Origin: Saccostrea echinata
Taxonomy: Eukaryota
Direction of reading: 5' to 3'
Length of the DNA stretch: 64,000 nt
NCBI RefSeq assembly: GCF_033153115.1
Contig: NW_026889792.1
Location: forward strand, 4,030,001 to 4,094,000
Shown piece by piece: positions 40,639-53,543 of the stretch. Both the position numbers and the translations under genes were made by a program. The notes beneath the pieces were generated by a model. It worked only from the letters and a program-made list of their open reading frames with translations, was not told where the DNA came from and did no database searches. Each line of letters opens with the position of its first letter. Position 1 is the first letter of the stretch.

Positions 40639-41156
40639 GGGCCGGTACACACGGTAAAGCTTGCCTTATACGTTTTGCAGGACGTAGGGCTCTCGTGTCC
40701 ACACGTTCAGGGAAGACTTACAAGATTATATACAACATTTCCATAAATCTCACGTGTTTCCAGCATAAATAGTGCATTCAGTCATTAAAATAGAAGAATA
40801 GATTATTAGGCTTTGTAATAATTATACCAACAAGTACATTCACACTTCTTAAAAAAAGAGGAAGAGGTTGAACAGAAGCATTTGTGGATATTTTCATTAG
40901 CTTAATTATTCGAAAATACTTTGTTTTCACTTCAATCTACCCACCTGTATGGTTTGATAAAAATAGAATGACATTCATGGTTTTCATTGGTTGAGAAGAA
41001 AGTTTCAGCTAAGTCTTGTATTAAGAAATAGAACAGTGTTCTATTTGTAAGTCAGACTTGTAAGGCTAAAAACCGTGTATTAAGGGTGTACACACGGTAA
41101 GGCACTAACTTAAGTTCTATGACTTACAAGGCAAGCCTTATCGTGTGTACCGGCCC
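40639..41156. mobile_element. PIF/Harbinger-type MITE
   Basis: gggccggtacacacg...cgtgtgtaccggccc TIRs with TAA TSD on both sides. Confidence 0.88.
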
Positions 41157-42798
41157 TAAGACCATCCAAGTATTTCAGATGATGTACCGGTATTTTAGGG
41201 CAAACGTTAAGGTTTGTTGCCATTAAAAGAGGAGTTGGTGAACTCAAATACTATACAGAATGTGATACTAAAAGACATCTTGCATACAGTGACACCAAGA
41301 AACATAAAACCTTATAATCTGGAAACCTTATTGTGTTGTATCCCGTGCAAAAATATAGGTTACGATGATCTCATTTGGTATTTTATGCATATTATTGCCT
41401 TAGAAACATACTCGCTACTCTGGGCACCACCAACTCCTCATCAGTGAATGCATCACATCGTCTCAACCCACGTGCGGTCCGGAGTCGGCTTTTAGTTCTC
41501 TTCTACCAGAATCGGTGAGGATCGTATATTTTGGCCGTGGTTTGCGACGAGGAATGCATCTTAAACGTTTGTTGATCAAAATTAATTTTCAATTTTACAG
41601 ATCAATACTCATCATTAATATTTTCATCATTACGGGCTATCATTTCAAACCAAACATTCAAATCAAGTTCAAAAGTTGTGGTACAAACGATACACTTCAT
41701 CCCCAGTGCCCTGTTCTACAGATATACCACGTAAAATCGCACCAGGAAACCAAGAACAAGGTCAACAAGCCTAAATTAGAAATTAAAGGACTAGGTACTT
41801 TGAAGTTTTTACCAGGTTTTTACGACTTCTAAAGTTTATCAGTCTCTTATTTTACTTTCCATGTCAAACCTTTTTGCTATATTAGTTTGTTAAAACATTT
41901 TGTACATCACATTCTGTATAATTTCTTGAAAAAATGACACAAAATTTACTATATATAACTTTTAAACTCTTTATTTTATAAAAAAGAAAAGAAAAGAATA
42001 TATAGGTCTTTAAAAATATATGAAATAAAAACAGAGACTTGGATTAACAGCGTGAAAGTGAACACAGAGCAGAAAATTTGTCCAAACAACCAACCACCAG
42101 GAAATTCAACAGAACAAGCTGCTCACAACATGATTTAGTACATATGTACTTAGGCACTATAACTGTTCATTACAGCTTTCTTCTGTATCAATTAGGTATC
42201 TTTTATAAAAAAAAATATATATCAAGGTTACTAGAGAACAAAGAAGTCTGCAGTTTAAAATGATTATCAAATAACTTTTTATACATAATGGCTCTTTATA
42301 CAGTTACATAATGCACAACACTCCAAACCCCTGTTCTCATACATAATTGTTGGTTTACTGTTGGATAGAAAAAAATATTCTGCCCAAAAATATCTTGCAT
42401 TACAAAACATTTATGTACATCATACATGATACAGTTAGCCAGTAATATTGGTGTGCCATTTTGTAGAGGATTGTTTAACATCTCATACTAAAAATAGCTG
42501 AGCAATTATTAATGGAAGAAGGAATGACTAGGAGATAGACTAATACTGTGTGCTAAAAATATAAACTATGCACACTCTTAAAATTGAACACTTTTCCTTT
42601 GCAAATTAAGAACAAATTAATGCAATTTTTCACTTTATGATATCCTCTATGATAAAAAAAAATTCAGTTATTTAAAGCCTGAAACATGCCCTAATACTAG
42701 TGTACTAATGCTGTAAACATATATATAAAAAAATAAATGAAAAATACAGAAACAATTAATTACATTGACGACTGTAGTACTATTAAAATACCTGGTAC

Positions 42799-43016
42799 TG
42801 TAAATTCCTAAATATATGCGAGGAATAAATTAACTCCTAGTTTCACGAAAAGCACCACTCGTAAAAAATAAAATTGTGAGCTTTTATTTTTATGGTGCTT
42901 AAATGTATGTAAAATCTCTAAATCAGTTGTCCACTCGCGAATTATTGTTCTAGCAAATTGAGGTCCTATGGCCATTTCATGATATTAAATACTTGTGTAA
43001 AATAAGGAATCTACAG
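42799..43016. mobile_element. Tc1/mariner-type MITE (same family as 22321-22536)
   Basis: ta|ctgtaaattcctaaatatatgcgagg...aaggaatctacag|ta. Confidence 0.75.
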
Positions 43017-43284
43017 TAATGCCTCTAGGTAGATAAATCTGTATACACTGCTACTTAACTGTTTATAATCTATTCATAAGGACACCATTTTGTTTGTAGG
43101 TCTCAATGTAAATATGTTTTAAGTCTTTTATGTTAAAGATTTTCTATCATAATGACAGTGTGTCTCACAACACATATACATGTACCAGTATTAGTCTAGA
43201 GGAGATTTGAATGTGGGGTGCTGGTGGGGATGGGGGGAGGGGTCAGCTTTTGTGATTGTGCTTTTAATGTATACACAAATAATA

Positions 43285-43459
43285 CAGTTGAACTTCAGTA
43301 TCTCGAACATGGATATCTCGAATACCATGGATATGTCGAAGTAATTTTGAAGTCCCAACTGCATATTACTTAAGTACTTTACCCTGGATATCTCAAATCC
43401 TCAGTTATCTCGAAGTATTTTCTTGGTCCCTTCGAGTTTGACATAACGAGGTTTGACTG
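43285..43459. mobile_element. Tc1/mariner-type MITE (cagtcaaac family)
   Basis: ta|cagttgaacttcagtatctcgaac...gacataacgaggtttgactg|ta; fragments also at ~21445, 32477, 54960. Confidence 0.8.
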
Positions 43460-44392
43460 TATTACCATACTTAAATTAATTAATATATCATAACAGTCTA
43501 CAGCAGCGGAATAATTAGACAGGAAAAAATAATTTAGAATTACATGTAAATACAACACAAAAAAATACAACACATGCATTACATTTGTAATGATAAGAAA
43601 TTACAAAATTATGGGCATGATAAAAATACATTAACAATAACGCTGAAATTAGATTGCAGGTAGCTGCAGAACTGTAGCTCTCCAAAAAATATATATTGAC
43701 AGACCAAAGAGCTCTAGTACCACCCACTGAAAACAGTGTATTTACTGCACACAAAAAGTTGTGCTGGTTTCTGGATTAATTTCTCAGCTGCAAAAAAGCT
43801 CAATTAATGAAAAAAATTCCTTATCCCTCTCCTTCTGGATGAAGCATGTTGCAAAAATTGTCTTACCACTCAATATGGCAGTATTAATAGCTGAAAATTT
43901 TCAGTAGCCTCAATTTCAGGTCCAGGAGGGCTAAACTGTTATGAGCAATGTCTTGTTCTGGAAATAGTAAAAGAATATATGTATATGCTAGGAACACAAG
44001 GTTAATAATATTTTGAGATGGCAGTTTAAATATATGAAGAAATAAATAAAAAAAAACAGCACACCTTTTTGTGCACAATAAATACACAATTTCTTCAATG
44101 GGTGGCACTGTAGCTCACTAGTCATCCATCTGAATTTTTTTTGACCAGTGAAATACAGATCTGCAGCTAGATTGCAGGGTGACTTGGATTTCATTTAATA
44201 AAGAGATCATAATTTGTATAGTATCACAGTTTACAGCCTGATTATGTAATCAAGGTGGGGTAAAGTTTGAAAAACTTAAATATTCAACATCAAATACTTT
44301 TAACAAAATTTACACAAATATTTATATACATGTAACTGAAATATACTTTTTGAAGTAGACTATAATCTGCTTCATATGGAAGCACTGATTCT

Positions 44393-45816
44393 TTACTCTG
44401 CTTCATCCTGGAGCATGGAGTATTCTACATCATACTTCTTACATTCATTTTTCTTACTCCCTGAGAAATATTTACGAGCAAAACTAAAAGTAACAACCAG
44501 AACAAGTAACAAGCCAATAAAGAAAAAAATAAGCATGAACACAGATCCTGGCCAAGCCGCATCTCTGTAATTAACCTCACTGTGGACGTCAATACCCCAT
44601 ACATCATCTAACAGACTGAAAGTTTTAGTGGAGTCATGTCCTATCCCTCCAACTACATACAGTTCGTTCCATGTATTGAAAGACATGGCATCTGTTCGAC
44701 AGCTTGGATATCTTCCATTATCAAATTCATTGTCTGCTGAACCGTAACTTCCCGGGTCACTGGCTCTGTCAGATCCACCCATCCATGACCACATCTTATA
44801 GTCAAGGTCAAAGTACCAGAGGTCATTCAGAATGACATCTGGAACTTCATCAGAGATTGTCCTGGGGTCTGAAGAGGCCCCCTCTCCTCCAAACATCCAC
44901 AAGTGCCCCTCACTATCAGTCCAATGAATTGCTCCCCTCCGACATCCTGGAATATTTTTTTCATTTGCCATGCCTTTTTTGCCATAATAACCTGCCAAAC
45001 ACTTATTCGGATCCCCCATTATTTTCACCCATGCATTTTTCTTGCAGTCAAAATTCCACAGATCAGTGGAAAATCCTGAATTGTGATGAGAATCCACTTT
45101 GTTTTTGGTTTGCGTGTTTCCAGAAAACATGTACAGCTGTTCATTGTGGCCAACCCAAGCTGTTGCACCACTACGACCTGCTGGGTACGTTATCTGTGGA
45201 CGGATGATTCCTTTTCTGTGAAGTTCTGAGGAGAGTTTCTCTTGCCTCCAATTAAGATCAATAAGGCTGTATTCCCACATATCATCATACTGGTCCAAAG
45301 TCTCAGAAATGCCTCCAAAAAGCATCATTTTTGTCTGCATACACCACACAACAGCATCAGCTCTTGGATCAGGGGACTCTCCAATGCTCTCGTTTCTCAG
45401 ATTCTTTAACATTTCTGACAATGGAAGCCACTCTTTTTTCTTGAATACAAATACCCAGGTGTCTCCAAGCACCTGTTTATCCTTATTCATCCCCCCAAAC
45501 ACAACAATTAGTGTCCCAGGCACCCCGCACATTGATGCATACCTCCTTGGAACAGGTGCCCTGTTCTTATTTTTGGAAGATATATCTAAACTTTCAGACC
45601 CAGGATGTTCCAAAGTCCACTTTCTTTCCCTAACATTATATTTCCATAGATCATTTTTCATGGATGGTCGTCCATTATATATACCCTTTCCGCCAAACAC
45701 CCAAGTATTGAAAACATCTTCCTGCCAAAACGAACTTCCTCCCCGGCCACCAATGGAAGTCTTGGAGGGTTCCTGATTACCACGGCTATTTCCAAAGGCC
45801 CATCTAAATCTAATGC
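44393..45816 (-). CDS. Uncharacterised type I membrane kelch/galactose-oxidase-like beta-propeller protein, exon 2/2
   Basis: About six kelch repeats (xFGG...NDLWxY/F...W), TM segment SVFMLIFFFIGLLLVLVVTFSFA followed by RK, short tail ending YSMLQDEAE; tttcAG acceptor, phase 1. Confidence 0.88.
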
Positions 45817-46829
45817 CTGAAATAAAAATTTAAAAGTTATTTTTCTTTCTTGAACTTACATGTAAGCTAGCCTTTATAAACCTCTTTATTTTTCTTCGTT
45901 GAACTTACATGTAAGCCTTTGTAAACCTCTGAAGTTCTAAATCAGACTAGCACACTGTGAACAGGTATGCTTTATGCCTTTAATGATTAACTGCATCCCT
46001 TTTGTTCTTGAAAAGAATGTTTTTAAAAAGATTTTTCCTATATATTCCTATGGGAAACTTTGAACTCATACTGTGGCTCCAACCTAGGCCTGGGGGGGGG
46101 GGGGGGCATTTGATTTAAATAAAACAGTCTTCAGAACCAATAGCCAAACTCCCTTCCTCTCTCAGACACCTCTGCAATAGGGGCATTTGTCAAGATTTTT
46201 GACATAAAATATAATATTTAAAGGAACTGTGTGCTACACTTTAATGTCTATGCTGTTGTACACTTCTTCTAAAACAAGTTTGGATAAATAAAACATCTAG
46301 AATTTATGTCAAGTAATTTTAATTTGTATATTTTTCTTTGAATTATACAAGAATTTTCATCAAGCTTTATCGTGTTTATTTAGCTATTCACAAGGTTGTC
46401 CGTAAGACCCTGGGGGCCAGGGATGGGGTAATTGAAATGAGTAATTGTAATTTACTGTATCTGTGTGGTCACAAATCAATTGCTTTAGATAGCCCCAGAA
46501 CTTTGGGAACTTTCAGTACAAAGTCTCTCAAGGAGATGCAGCTTGAATGATGAGCAATTTAAATTACACTGCATTGTTTTCAGAAGAGTATAAATTTTAA
46601 CACTATCACTGCACCAAGGTGCAACTTTTTGTACATGCTGAAAAAATAACACATTTTAAGACAAAAAGTGTGATAAAATAGCTAAATCAAGCTATTCTGA
46701 ATAGCTTAATAAAGCTTTATAGCTAATTCAAGCTAAATAGCATAATCAAGAGACTTTGTCGGACCACAGGGGCTTGCTCCCAGCATGTGTAATAATTATT
46801 TATTTAAAAAGTAATACACAAAATCAAAA

Positions 46830-49622
46830 AATTTTTACAGGGCCTGGATATCGAATATCTGAAACATAATCCTCCATCATGTTCATGTTCTTCTTCTCCC
46901 TACAACTATAGTCCTGCTTGACACGTTATTACTGGTGACGTAAATATAGTTAATAATGAGGACCTTAGATCACTAATTTTAAAAGGTCCTAAATTTAGGG
47001 AACCCCGATCCTTCAACTCATTACTGGCGTCGGAATTTCATAAATATTATGGATTCTGTAGAGGACTACGCCAGGCGATGGGCCAGACATGAAAAAGAAG
47101 ACCTTGACACTTTGTCAGAATGGATTAAATGTATCAGATGTATGTTAAAATCACACATTAAAAGATTGAGGGGCAATATGAGAACCATCTATCCTTCTGC
47201 ATTCAATAATCCAGAAGTGAAAATAGAATTAGATAGATTACATGATCAGTATGTACTGGTCCCTGCTGACAAAGCAGGTAACAACATTGTCTTTGTTTGT
47301 AAGGATCATTATATTAAATGTATTTTAGAGGAACTTTGATTTAATTCTACAAGTGGTAATCCAACTTATACTCGTAGTTCCCTTTCTAAGGAAGAAATTC
47401 TTCAAAATCATATGTCAGTTTTGAATATTTTTAATATTCCAAACAACCAAAATGAATTTGAATTACCATATTTATATTGGATTCCGAAACTTCATAAAAA
47501 TCCTTACAAACAAAGATACATAGCGGGTTCCAGTAAATGTTCAACCAAGCCTATTTCTTTACTCCTCACTAAGATATTAACAGTGGTGAAGGAGAAACTT
47601 CAAGAGTACTGTGCAACAATATATTCGAGAAGTGGTGTAAATCAGATGTGGATACTTAAAAATTCCAAGGAACTTTTGGAAAATTTGAAATCGCAAGATT
47701 TTACCAAAATCAAAAGCTTAAAAACTTACGACTTTTCTACTTTATACACAACCATTCCCCATGATAAATTAAAGTCCAGGCTTTTTGATATAACTGACAG
47801 CTGCTTTTTCAATAAAAATGGAACTCGTAAATATACTTACCTTGCCATTGGTCATTTGCAAAATTATTTTGTTAAAAAACATTCTGATTGTACACACAGG
47901 TACTCTGAAGTTGACATTAAAAACATGCTTGAGTTTCTGATTGACAATATCTATGTGGTTTTTGGAAACCAGGTCTTCCAACAATCTATTGGAATTCCCA
48001 TGGGTACCAATTGCACCCCGTTATTAGCAGACCTTTTTTTGTATTCATATGAAGCAGAATTTGTCCAAAATCTTGTACGTGAAAAGAAGAAAACACTTGC
48101 TGTGGCCTTCAACTCGACATTTAGATATGTCGACAATGTATTGTCAATTAACAATGGCTTTTTCTGTTCTTATGTCGATACGATATATCCTGGTGAGCTT
48201 GAGATAAAAGATACCACAGAGTCTGACATATCTGTTTCATATTTGGATATTTTACTTGAAAAAGACGTTAATAGTAATCTAACAACCAAGCTTTATGATA
48301 AATATGATGACTTTAACTTTTCAATCGTCAACTTCCCTTACTTATGCAGCAATATACCTTCATCACCTGCATACGGGGTATATATCTCTCAGTTGATTCG
48401 ATACGCAAGAGCATGCTCTACGTATGCAGGGATTTATCAGTACCTTCTCAGGGGCCGAAATTCGGCCCCATTCCCAATTGAAAATGAGTTAAATTTTTCC
48501 CAATTTGGCAGTATTTTTTCCCAACTGGTGAACAATGCTTTTATATTTAATTATCTTGGAAAAACACCAAGTAAAATTGTCAGATTGCCTGTAATTTTCC
48601 TATGTTTAACTAAATTAGCAAAGGTACAGTCATAAAACATGTTTAAAAAACTCCTTAAACATCGCCGACTTTTAATCCGAATTTCCTCTGTTTTTCTGAA
48701 AATGGTGATATTGCGTAATAATATAGATTTATTAAGTTATTTCCACATACTCAATTGATCTATGAGTGAATGTTAAGAACTGTAGGCATTATTTCAGATA
48801 GAAAACATATTTTCAATGCATTTTTACATATTAAAAGGGGACTTCGAGAAAATGTGTACTTAATTAGTATAATATTTTGCAGGAGGTTTATAATCTCCAG
48901 AAACAGATTCTAATGACCTAAATTGGAATTTCATACACACATGTACTACTAATATTTGTATAGATACTTTATACTTATTGGAGTCAAGTTTAGTTATGTT
49001 AGTCTATTATTTATAAGTTATCTTGTTTGATGAAGTTGGATCAGATTTAATTGTCTGTTTAGTTGCCCAACTTAGAGTTCATGCTGAAATGTTAAATGAA
49101 TTACACCTGAATACATGATGTAAGCAAGATTTTTTATTTTTCCCAATTTCATCAAATTGCCGATAAATTTTTCCCAATTCTCAAAAAATGGCGTTTCCCA
49201 AAATAGGCTGATAAATCCCTGGTATGTACAATTTCTAAAACAAGGTAATTTATTGACAAACAAGTTGATGAAACAAGAATATCAACTGTCTCGTTTAAAG
49301 TCATCATTTCGTAAGTTCTATGGTCAATACAATGACCTTGTCAGCAAATACAATTTATCATTGAGTCAAATGCTGACTGACGTATTTCATACTAATTGTT
49401 AGGCCATTATATACACACTGAATTGTCGACGGATTTTTCCGTTATTTCCCGATCATGACAAGGTGTGACCGGTCGGCAGGGGATGCTCACTCCTCCATGG
49501 CACCTGATCCCACCTCTTATGTTTATGTTTATGTTGAGGTCCGTGTTTGCTCTGCTCCTATTTTGTATTGTTTAATGGACTTTTAAGCTTGAATACTGTT
49601 CGTTATCTCCATATATTTCATC
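46830..49622 (+). mobile_element. 5'-truncated, inactive Penelope-like retroelement of the Naiad type (RT pseudogene)
   Basis: CxC linker (PSCSC, 46880-46888), PLE RT motifs PADKA, YWIPKLHK, YDFSTLYT, GIPMGTN, FRYVDN; ORF ends at 49402 with no C-terminal GIY-YIG; two in-frame TGAs, a frameshift near 47020 and a MITE insertion. Confidence 0.88.
48427..49221. mobile_element. MITE with 5-bp TSD inserted in the RT ORF (hAT5-like by TSD length; inference)
   Basis: 14-bp TIR cagggatttatcag/ctgataaatccctg and TSD gtatg; removing it restores ...ACSTYVQFLKQGNLLTNKL... Confidence 0.9.
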
Positions 49623-50159
49623 CTAAAATAGCATTTCTTAAATCACTTCTTCAATAATTATTACATGCTGGGAGCAAGCCCCTGTGATCGGACCTGTTTA
49701 ATGGGCTCAGTGTTGATGGTTCAACCCATTTGAAATCTTAGGCTGATCTATCTTAAGTCCTGGGCCAACCTTTTTGGCTGGGGTACGTGTCATTGGGCCT
49801 AAATCTCTGTGAGCTGAAGTGTAGTTGGGCTGATGTCTGGCATCCATATGGGGAAGAAGGGGTGAAAGGTGAACAAATTACTAGTTGGAATAATATGATA
49901 GCCATCTCCATTTTTTTATTTTATGTGTGTGTGGGGGGGGGGGGCATCATTATTACTAAGCATATCAAAGAGAGATACATTATTGCAGCTAAGTTCTGAC
50001 TTGAGGTATTAACAGTTTAAAATATATTTACAGGGCAACATTTAGCGAACTATAAAAGGTACAGAAAACACTGGAAAATGTAGTTTTCGCTCCATCAATA
50101 AATAGGGGAGATTAAAGTATGTATTGAAATCAAGGAAAAAGGTTTGTTATCTTACTTAC

Positions 50160-50241
50160 CTTTAACAGAAGAAGTTGTTAAATTCAACATAAATATTACA
50201 AACATAAAAGTTCTAAAGAAATTTCTGTCGCCTGTACCCAT
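50160..50241 (-). CDS. Kelch membrane protein exon 1 (signal peptide)
   Basis: MGTGDRNFFRTFMFVIFMLNLTTSSVKG; AAG|GTAAGT donor, phase 1 joins in frame to the 45816 exon. Confidence 0.75.
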
Positions 50242-50851
50242 TTCGCAATGTTAGCTGAACGAAATCTAAAAAGTAGAGGTATTCCGATCTTAAGCTCGAG
50301 AAGCATGCTAATTGGCGTAAAATGGTCCTAAGTTGTGAAATACTGATTTTTTTTTAAATGAATATTTGATTAAGCAAATAAATAAATAAATAAATAAATT
50401 AATTAATTGATAAATGAATTAATTAATTTGCAGTAAATTTTGAAAGATAATTGAGCATTCAAGGTTGTGCATATCCCTGGTTGTTTTATTCGTTCTTTTA
50501 AATCACGGAGCAACATTCCTGACATTTTTATTGCAAAATTTTGATCAACAGTAGCGTGTCAGACGGACAACCTATATATAAATCATTATCTAACAAGCGG
50601 GAAAAAGAGAAATATAGAATGAGGACGATTTTTTAGAAGAGAGAAACATTTAAGTTCCTGTTAAAGGGTCAAAAAAGAAATCTTTAACCCCCCCCCTTCA
50701 AAAAAAAAAATAAAAATAAAATAAAAGATTAAATTAACAATAAAAGAGGGGAGGGATGTATCAATATTGTTACACAATTTTTCTCATGAGAAAAAAAATG
50801 AATCCAATGTACATAGATAAAAAAAATCATATTTGTATAAGACAATCAAGA

Positions 50852-51585
50852 AGATGGGTGAACATGACGGGCGAAAAGCCTATAGTGTGACAAACATGAA
50901 GGTGAAAAATTAAATTTCAATTATATCAAAATTTTCCTTGATATTTCATCTAACATCAAAATATACTTTATATAAAATCTCTGCAATTTGCAAAAATCCC
51001 TCAAAGATGGAAATTATTTGCCTATGAAATATTATAAACAAACTAAAGGGGGCAAAAAGAGTCATTTCCTCATACTATATATAACACTGTTTTTCGATAT
51101 GAGTGGGTCTTCGCTCCACTTTTTTGAAAGTTAATCCTCAAAGTTTGCATAAAAATAAACATTTTTGGTTACCAAAAATATGGAGCAAAGACCCACTATA
51201 CCTTAAAAATATACTTTTATGACATAACATTCGCAGCTTTTCGAGAAATACTTGAAGTCCATTAAGTCAAGGGTCATATCACAAACATGATTTAAATGCC
51301 ACTCTTCATCAGGACTTGCCTAGTCTAGTGGTTAGCGTGCTAGTCTCGAAAGAAAATGATACTCAAGATTTTTATTGCAAGGGTTCGAACCCCACAAATA
51401 CTACATTATTTTTTAGATAAAAGAATAAATATTGCCGAGAAATTTTTCCTCAGAAAAGTTTTGTTTATCATAATTTCATAGATTTAAATAATGAGAATTT
51501 TACTCTAAATACTAAATTCACAGATTGAATATGATTTTTATATATCTGAAGCTATAGGCTTTCTGCACGCTATGTTCACCCATCT
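50852..51585. mobile_element. Non-autonomous element with 14-bp inverted ends and an internal tRNA-like fragment
   Basis: agatgggtgaacat ... atgttcacccatct; tagtctagtggttagcg...gggttcgaaccc at ~51320-51393; no clear TSD. Confidence 0.5.
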
Positions 51586-52099
51586 ACTTTTACTGATAAA
51601 TGAAAGTTAAAATGACACCGAGCATTTTGTGATGTTTTTATTGTTGATATTATGTATTAAACTTGGAAAGTACCGGTAGTGCAGGAAAAAATTGTGATAA
51701 TGTACTAAACTGAGCCTCACTTGTTGATAAGAAGCATGTTCCCTTCAAAAACAGCTTGGCGAATGTAATTATTTTGTGTATTATAACCCCAGTGAGAAGT
51801 CTGGAGTTCCACAACTTCACCTTTATTTTGAGACGAATTTTGCGGGAAAACAAATCTGACATGCCACCTCAACAATTTAACCAAGGAAAGACAACTTGAT
51901 GTGCTTTGATTTGAGTGGTCACTCACTGCTGAACGAAAATTAGGGACATTTCTATGTGAAGAAACGTTCACATTGTCATATATGGGAAAACAATTAGAGG
52001 ATTTTACCCATTTATCTGACAACTTTACATAATTTCTGACTATAATTTTATAGTCGTCATTATAATGTAAATTTCTTGTTCCTTGCCATATCTTGTAAT

Positions 52100-52400
52100 G
52101 AAAAATATGAGGATAACGAATAGTGATAGATTTATAAAAATCTACAAATAATACTTTGTGAACAAGGCATGAAACACGGACCCTGGAAAATTCCAGAGGT
52201 GGGATCAGGTGCCTAGGAGGAGTAATCATCCCCTGTCGACCAGTCACACTCTCCGTGAGCCCTAAGTATTGACAAGTAAGTGTCAAATTTAGTATAAAAA
52301 CAATGGCCTAACAATTGGTATAAATATGTCACTCCAAATGCAGACCAAAGATAGGTTGCATTTGCAAAGGCCATTATAACAATAGAATTTTCGAAATGCT
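52100..52400 (-). mobile_element. Naiad/PLE 3'-end fragment
   Basis: Reverse complement of the gtgtgacc..tcg.caggggat...actcctcc..ggcacctgatcccacctc block at 49462-49516. Confidence 0.75.
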
Positions 52401-52774
52401 GACGAGGGTGTTGAAATGCCTGTAAATCAACTTATTTGTCAATATATAGCCTAGCTCGGTTTAGAAATTGATCGTAATCAGAGCATAGTAAAAAAACATT
52501 TAAAGCTTATCATTGACATAAGGATTGCGCAAGTTTTGAAAGTGTGTCATGACCTTGACCTAAGGTCATTGGGCAAGTTCAAGGTCACTGACAGAAAAAG
52601 TGTTAAATTCATTATGGTCTGTTACTCTCTGATTTGGAAGATGATACTTGACACATATACTAATGACCCGAAGGTGTGTTATGAAGGTCATAAGGGCAAG
52701 TCAAGGTCTTTCATAGAAAAAAAAGTGTAAAATGCTTTCTAATGGAGATAAACATTAGATGCTCATATACTTCA

Positions 52775-53543
52775 AACAAGAGATGTTTGTGAAAACTTAT
52801 CCCCTCCCCCAAATAATTGGAATTTTTTAAAGTCCAAGGGGCATAACTCTGTCAAAAATTGATCGATCGTTTCTGAAACAGAGCTTGACCTAGATATTTT
52901 TATGATTAACCTGTATAACAAATTTCATTTCAGTATGTGCAATCTCTGCAAAGAAAATGAACGGAAACTGCAAATAATAGGAATTTTTCAAAGTCCAAGG
53001 GGCATAACTCTGTCAAAAATTGCTCGATCGTACCCAAAACAGAACTTGATCAGATATTCTTATGATAAATCTGTATATGTACCAAATTTCATTTCAGTAT
53101 GTGCAAACTCTGCAAAGAAAATGAACGGAAACTGCAAATTACAGGAAATTTTTCAAAGTCCAAGGGGCATAACTCTGTCAAAAATTGTTCGATCGTACCC
53201 AAAACAGAACTTGACCTATGTATTCTTATGATAAATCTATGTACCAAATTTCATTTCAGTATGTGCAACCTCTGCAAAGAAAATGAACGGAAACTATAAA
53301 CAGCTGATAAATGATTGGAATTTTTCCTAAGTCCAAGGGGCATAACTCTCGACTGTCAAAAATTGCTCGATCGTACCCAAAACAGAACTTGACCTAGATT
53401 ATGTATACCAAATTTCATTTCTGTATGTGCAATCTCCGCGAAGATAATGAACGGGAACTGATGGTGGACCAACAGACAGACCAACCGACAGACAGCAGCA
53501 AAGCAATATGCCCTCCCTTCTTAGAAGGGGGGGGGGTAACAAA
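52775..53543 (+). repeat. Helentron/HINE-type element with ~165-bp internal tandem repeats
   Basis: aacaagagatgtttgtgaa 5' end; four agtccaaggggcataactct units (~52831, 52992, 53157, 53330); (caga)n; terminal hairpin ccctcccttcttagaagggggg. Confidence 0.8.

Larger units (their letters stand above)
46765..49686. mobile_element. Outer TIR element (P-like MITE) split by a Naiad insertion
   Basis: cacaggggcttgctcccagcatgt ... acatgctgggagcaagcccctgtg TIRs; flanks gtcggac / atcggac (7-bp TSD, one mismatch). Confidence 0.75.

Noticed and set aside
46919-47339. In-frame TGA codons in the Naiad ORF as selenocysteine (some clam and spider Naiads are selenoproteins)
   Set aside because: Both TGAs (46919-46921, 47337-47339) fall where Gly is expected (SPAGHV, EELGF), consistent with GGA>TGA decay. 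The copy also has a frameshift and a broken catalytic motif.
48427-48635. C-terminal part of the 407-aa RT ORF as a novel domain
   Set aside because: Read-through into the inserted MITE; the true RT tail resumes at 49227.
51717-52286. 189-aa minus-strand ORF
   Set aside because: It begins in the non-coding Naiad 3' fragment, has no domain or splice support, and is probably spurious.
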